Positions 61,001 to 64,000 of a stretch of 64,000 nt of DNA are shown piece after piece. Within the stretch, counting starts at the first letter, position 1, and each line of letters opens with the position of its first letter. Origin of the DNA: Cyanophora paradoxa CCMP329 (taxonomy: Eukaryota > Plantae > Glaucophyta); assembly GCA_004431415.1 (NCBI GenBank), contig QPMI01000054.1:248001-312000 (forward strand), given 5' to 3'. Under the pieces are notes generated by a model, which ran no database searches, was not told the DNA's origin, and was given only the letters and a program-made list of their open reading frames with translations. The position numbers and the translations under genes were made by a program.

Positions 61001-63031
61001 GCCGTCCTCTACCAGGCGCGTACCCCGTACCCCTGAACGATCCTGCGATGCGATGAGCCGGCCCCCGCTCCCCGCCGCTCGCGCTCGAGCGTCCTTTGCG
61101 CGCGCAGCTGATGGCGGAGGCGGACCGGCGGCGGCTGCACTGGCGCGCCGCCCTCGCCCTCGAGGCCCGCCCCGCCGCATCCGCCGCCATGGTCCGCTCG
61201 CCTCGAATCCCGCTCTTAATCGCGTTTTCTCCAAGTTCGGCTTGGATGGCGGCCTCGCCCGCAACTCCGCTTAGAGCCGCCCGCCTCGCGCGCGCGCGCG
61301 CGCGCGCGCTAACTGCGGCGCGCCGCGCCGCGCCGGCAGCTGGCGCACCACTGCGAGCGGGCGGGGGCGGCGCTGGCGGCGGTGGCGTACATGGACCGCG
61401 CCGCCCGCGAGGCGATGGCCGCGGGGCCTACGTCGAAGTCGCCGACCTCTCCCGCAGGGCCCGCCCCGCGCCCCCGCCCCGGCCCCTCCGCGGCTGACCG
61501 CGCGCGCTGCAGGCGGCCCAGATCGCGGTGGCGAACGCGAGGGCGGGCGGGGCCGACGCGCCGCCGGGCGGCCTGGCGCCGCTGCGGGGCACCGCCGAGG
61601 GGCGGGCGGCCGCCGGCACGCCCCTCGCCGTCGCCCGGCGCTCCGTGGCCACCGCCCGCGCCCTCTTCTCCCTCGGCCACCTCGCCAGCGCCGCCGACGT
61701 GCGCCCGCGGCCCGCCAAACTCAGATCTGCTTCGTTTTGAGGGGCGCGCCTTCCCCTCAGGCGCTGGAGGAGGCGCTGAGGCTGCTGGGGATACCCCTCG
61801 CGCGGGACACCCCCGGCCTCCTCGGCGCCGCCGCCTCTCTCCTCAAGGTCGACGTCCCCGCGTGCACGTACCCCTCCCGCCCCGCCCCCTCTGACGGGGG
61901 GAGCCAGGTCGTCGTCTCGGGCCCGGCGCGCGCGGCGCCTCCGAAGCGGCATCCCCCCGAGGACGCCGACCGCGAGAAGGCCGGCGGGCCGATCTCGAAC
62001 TCGAAGCCGGCCGAGGACGCCGCCGCCCAGTACCGGCGGTGCCCCCGCGCCCGGCCCGCGCCCAGCCGCCTTGCGCCGCCTCACCTCGGGGGCAGGTGCG
62101 CGGGGGCGGCGCTCTCGCTCTACGCCCACCTCCTCGTCCACCGCGGCGACGCCGTCGGCGCCGTCGTCTACTCCGCCCGCAACGTCCTCGTGCGCCCTCA
62201 CTTTCGGGCCCCTCCTACCCCGGCCCTTCCCCTCCCTCACCCGCGCCCCCCTTCTCCCCTCAGATCGCGAGCCGGGAGCCGGCGAGCGCGGGGTACGCCG
62301 AGGCCTGCGCCTTCATCTACAGCATTCTCACTGTGCGCGTACCCCCCCGGCTGTCCCCGGCTCGTATGATTTCCTTCCCTGATGCGGTCCCCTCCGCTCG
62401 CCCGGCGCGCAGCGGGCGCGGGTGCACGGGAGGGCGGGGGCGTACCTGCGGCGGGCGCGGGAGATTGCGCGGCTCCCCGGCTGCGGGGGGGCCCTGGGGT
62501 ACATCCTCTCCAACCAGGTGCCCCGCCCCGCCCCGCCCCGCCCCGCCCCGCCCCCCCGCCGCCCTGCTCCTTCCCTAACCGGACCCAACGCCAGGTGACG
62601 AACCTGACGCTGCTGGGGCGGCTCGCGGAGGCCGAGGAGATGGGCGCCCGCGGCGCCCTCGAGGTCCGAGCGGCGCCCCGCCCCGCCCCGCCCCGGCAAT
62701 CCCCCTCCCACTCCTCAACACTCTGAGATGCGACCCCCCCCCCCCGCGCCCGCGCGCCGCAGCTCGCCTCGTTGGGGACACGCGCGCCGCTTTCGAGGCG
62801 CGCCCGCCCCTCCCCCGCCGGTCCCCCGCCCGCCCGTCCCCCCGCCGCTGAGGGCCGGTGCGGCGCAGGCGACGATGAACTCGGCGGCGGCGGCGCTCTT
62901 CCGCGGCCGCTTCTCCGCCGCCGACGAGGCCTGCCTCGCCGTCGTCCGCCCCGCCCCGCCCCTCCCCCTGCAGCGCCCACTGATCGTTGTCGGCGCCTTA
63001 GATCCAGGACGCCCGCATGAGCTCCAACGCG
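55496..63031 (+). CDS. ADCY10-like soluble adenylyl cyclase (two class III domains, STAND NTPase, helical repeats); start uncertain, 3' end apparently truncated
   Basis: C1: VVLLADIAG, GAELLSRCLN, RFLGDA. C2: FRDDKG, SIGLATGRVFCGIVG, YTVLGDSVNLAARLM. P-loop IEGEPGSGKS, Walker B LLAVDDAPHLD, then GNPFLIQE and SRLDRISP. Confidence 0.85.
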
Positions 63032-63094
63032 GTGCGAAGCCTCCAACTTTGCGCGCGGCGGAGGACCGGGCGGAGGGGGGTACGGCGGACCGTG

Positions 63095-64000
63095 ACGTCG
63101 GCGTAGAGCCCCGTGAGCTGGTCCGCCACCACGGCGCCTGCGGGGGGGGGGGGGGGGGGGGGGAGGGGTGCTCAGGGGCGGCGGGGGAGGCGGAGGGGAA
63201 GGCTGGGGCACCGCGGAGGTCGAAGGCGGTGGGGCCCTGGACGGTCAGCGGCTGCTTGTCCGTGTCCTCCCCGTCCATCGGACGGTACCGGAAGTTCAGC
63301 GTCTGCGCGGCGCGCCCGGGCCGTTCGTGCCCGCCCGAGAAGGGTACAGGACGGTGCAGCGGCGGGAAACTTCGCACCCGGGGATCGCGGACTTCGTCAA
63401 AGGACGCGAACTCGGCTATACCCCCGGACGAGAGGTCAATGCGGGGGGGAGACGCCGGCGTCTTGGGGTCCATCGTGACGTCACGGCTGAACGTCACCTG
63501 CCCGGGGGCTCGGCGCGGGGCCGGAGGCCGGAGCGGAAGCCGTGCGGGGGGGTACCTGAATGCGGATGGCGGGGGAGGAGGAGTCGATCGTCTTGCCGAG
63601 GTACGCGGCCGAGACCTGAGGGGGGGTGCGGCGTTGGCGGGGCCGGGGCAGGGGTACGCGGGCGGCGCGGCGCACGTCGACGATCTTCGGCGGCGCGGTG
63701 AAGACGAAGAAGGGCAGCTCGAGGCGGGTGGGGGCGGGCTGCAAGGGGGTACGGGATCAGCTCGGGGTAAGATGGGTAGGGGGGGTGGGCCCGCGCGGGG
63801 GGCTCGCTCGCCTTGAGGGCGAGGCGGGCGGGGAAGACGCCGTCGCGGCTGCGGATGGAGGGGCCGCGGGCGGCGAGGGCCTCGGGGTCCTGAATGGCGG
63901 TGGGTGCGCCCTCCACGGGGGGCGCCACGGCGTCGATGGGGTTGAAGGCGGTGGGCGTCGCGGGGTCCAGCCCGCAGACGGCCCCCTCGGGGATCTCGAA
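63095..64000 (-). CDS. partial gene entering from the right edge, encoding the same Ig-like repeat as the pLGIC ectodomain
   Basis: AIRIQ|VTFSRDVT...PPRIDLSSGGIAEFASF...|TLNFRYRPMDGED...AFDLRG|AVVADQLTGLYADVT. Confidence 0.7.

Noticed and set aside
11604-63031. Channels, cyclase and ciliary genes as one functional cluster
   Set aside because: They are interspersed with unrelated housekeeping genes. Eukaryotic proximity alone is not evidence of a shared system.
1-64000. Hundreds of long Pro/Arg/Gly/Ala-rich ORFs in the track (e.g. 19029-22298, 56055-58859, 27917-30046)
   Set aside because: Artefacts of high GC content reading through introns or antisense strands. The real genes are spliced.

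Overview
GC-rich eukaryotic nuclear DNA with dense, short spliceosomal introns, so the supplied ORF track is largely uninformative; the gene models here were spliced by hand. A Phe-led plastid-type leader on RsmB plus cilia-associated genes suggests a flagellate alga, possibly a glaucophyte such as Cyanophora (inference only). Recognisable genes: a voltage-gated K+ channel with a large ectodomain, an Arf/ARL13-like pseudo-GTPase with an IQ motif, BLOC1S2, RsmB, an LRR-SAM protein, TMX2, LRRC61, an ADCY10-like soluble adenylyl cyclase and a triple TRF-like Myb protein. The most notable gene is a Cys-less (Pro-loop) pentameric ligand-gated ion channel carrying five bacterial-adhesin-like Ig repeats; a second gene with the same repeat enters from the right edge. 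Intergenic DNA holds a nested MITE/hAT cluster, a tRNA-derived SINE with a 15-bp TSD and a partner element sharing its tail, and pervasive self-complementary microsatellites. Splice donors follow an unusual G(T/C)NC pattern. Homopolymer indels suggest long-read consensus error, so exon boundaries and frameshifts are approximate.
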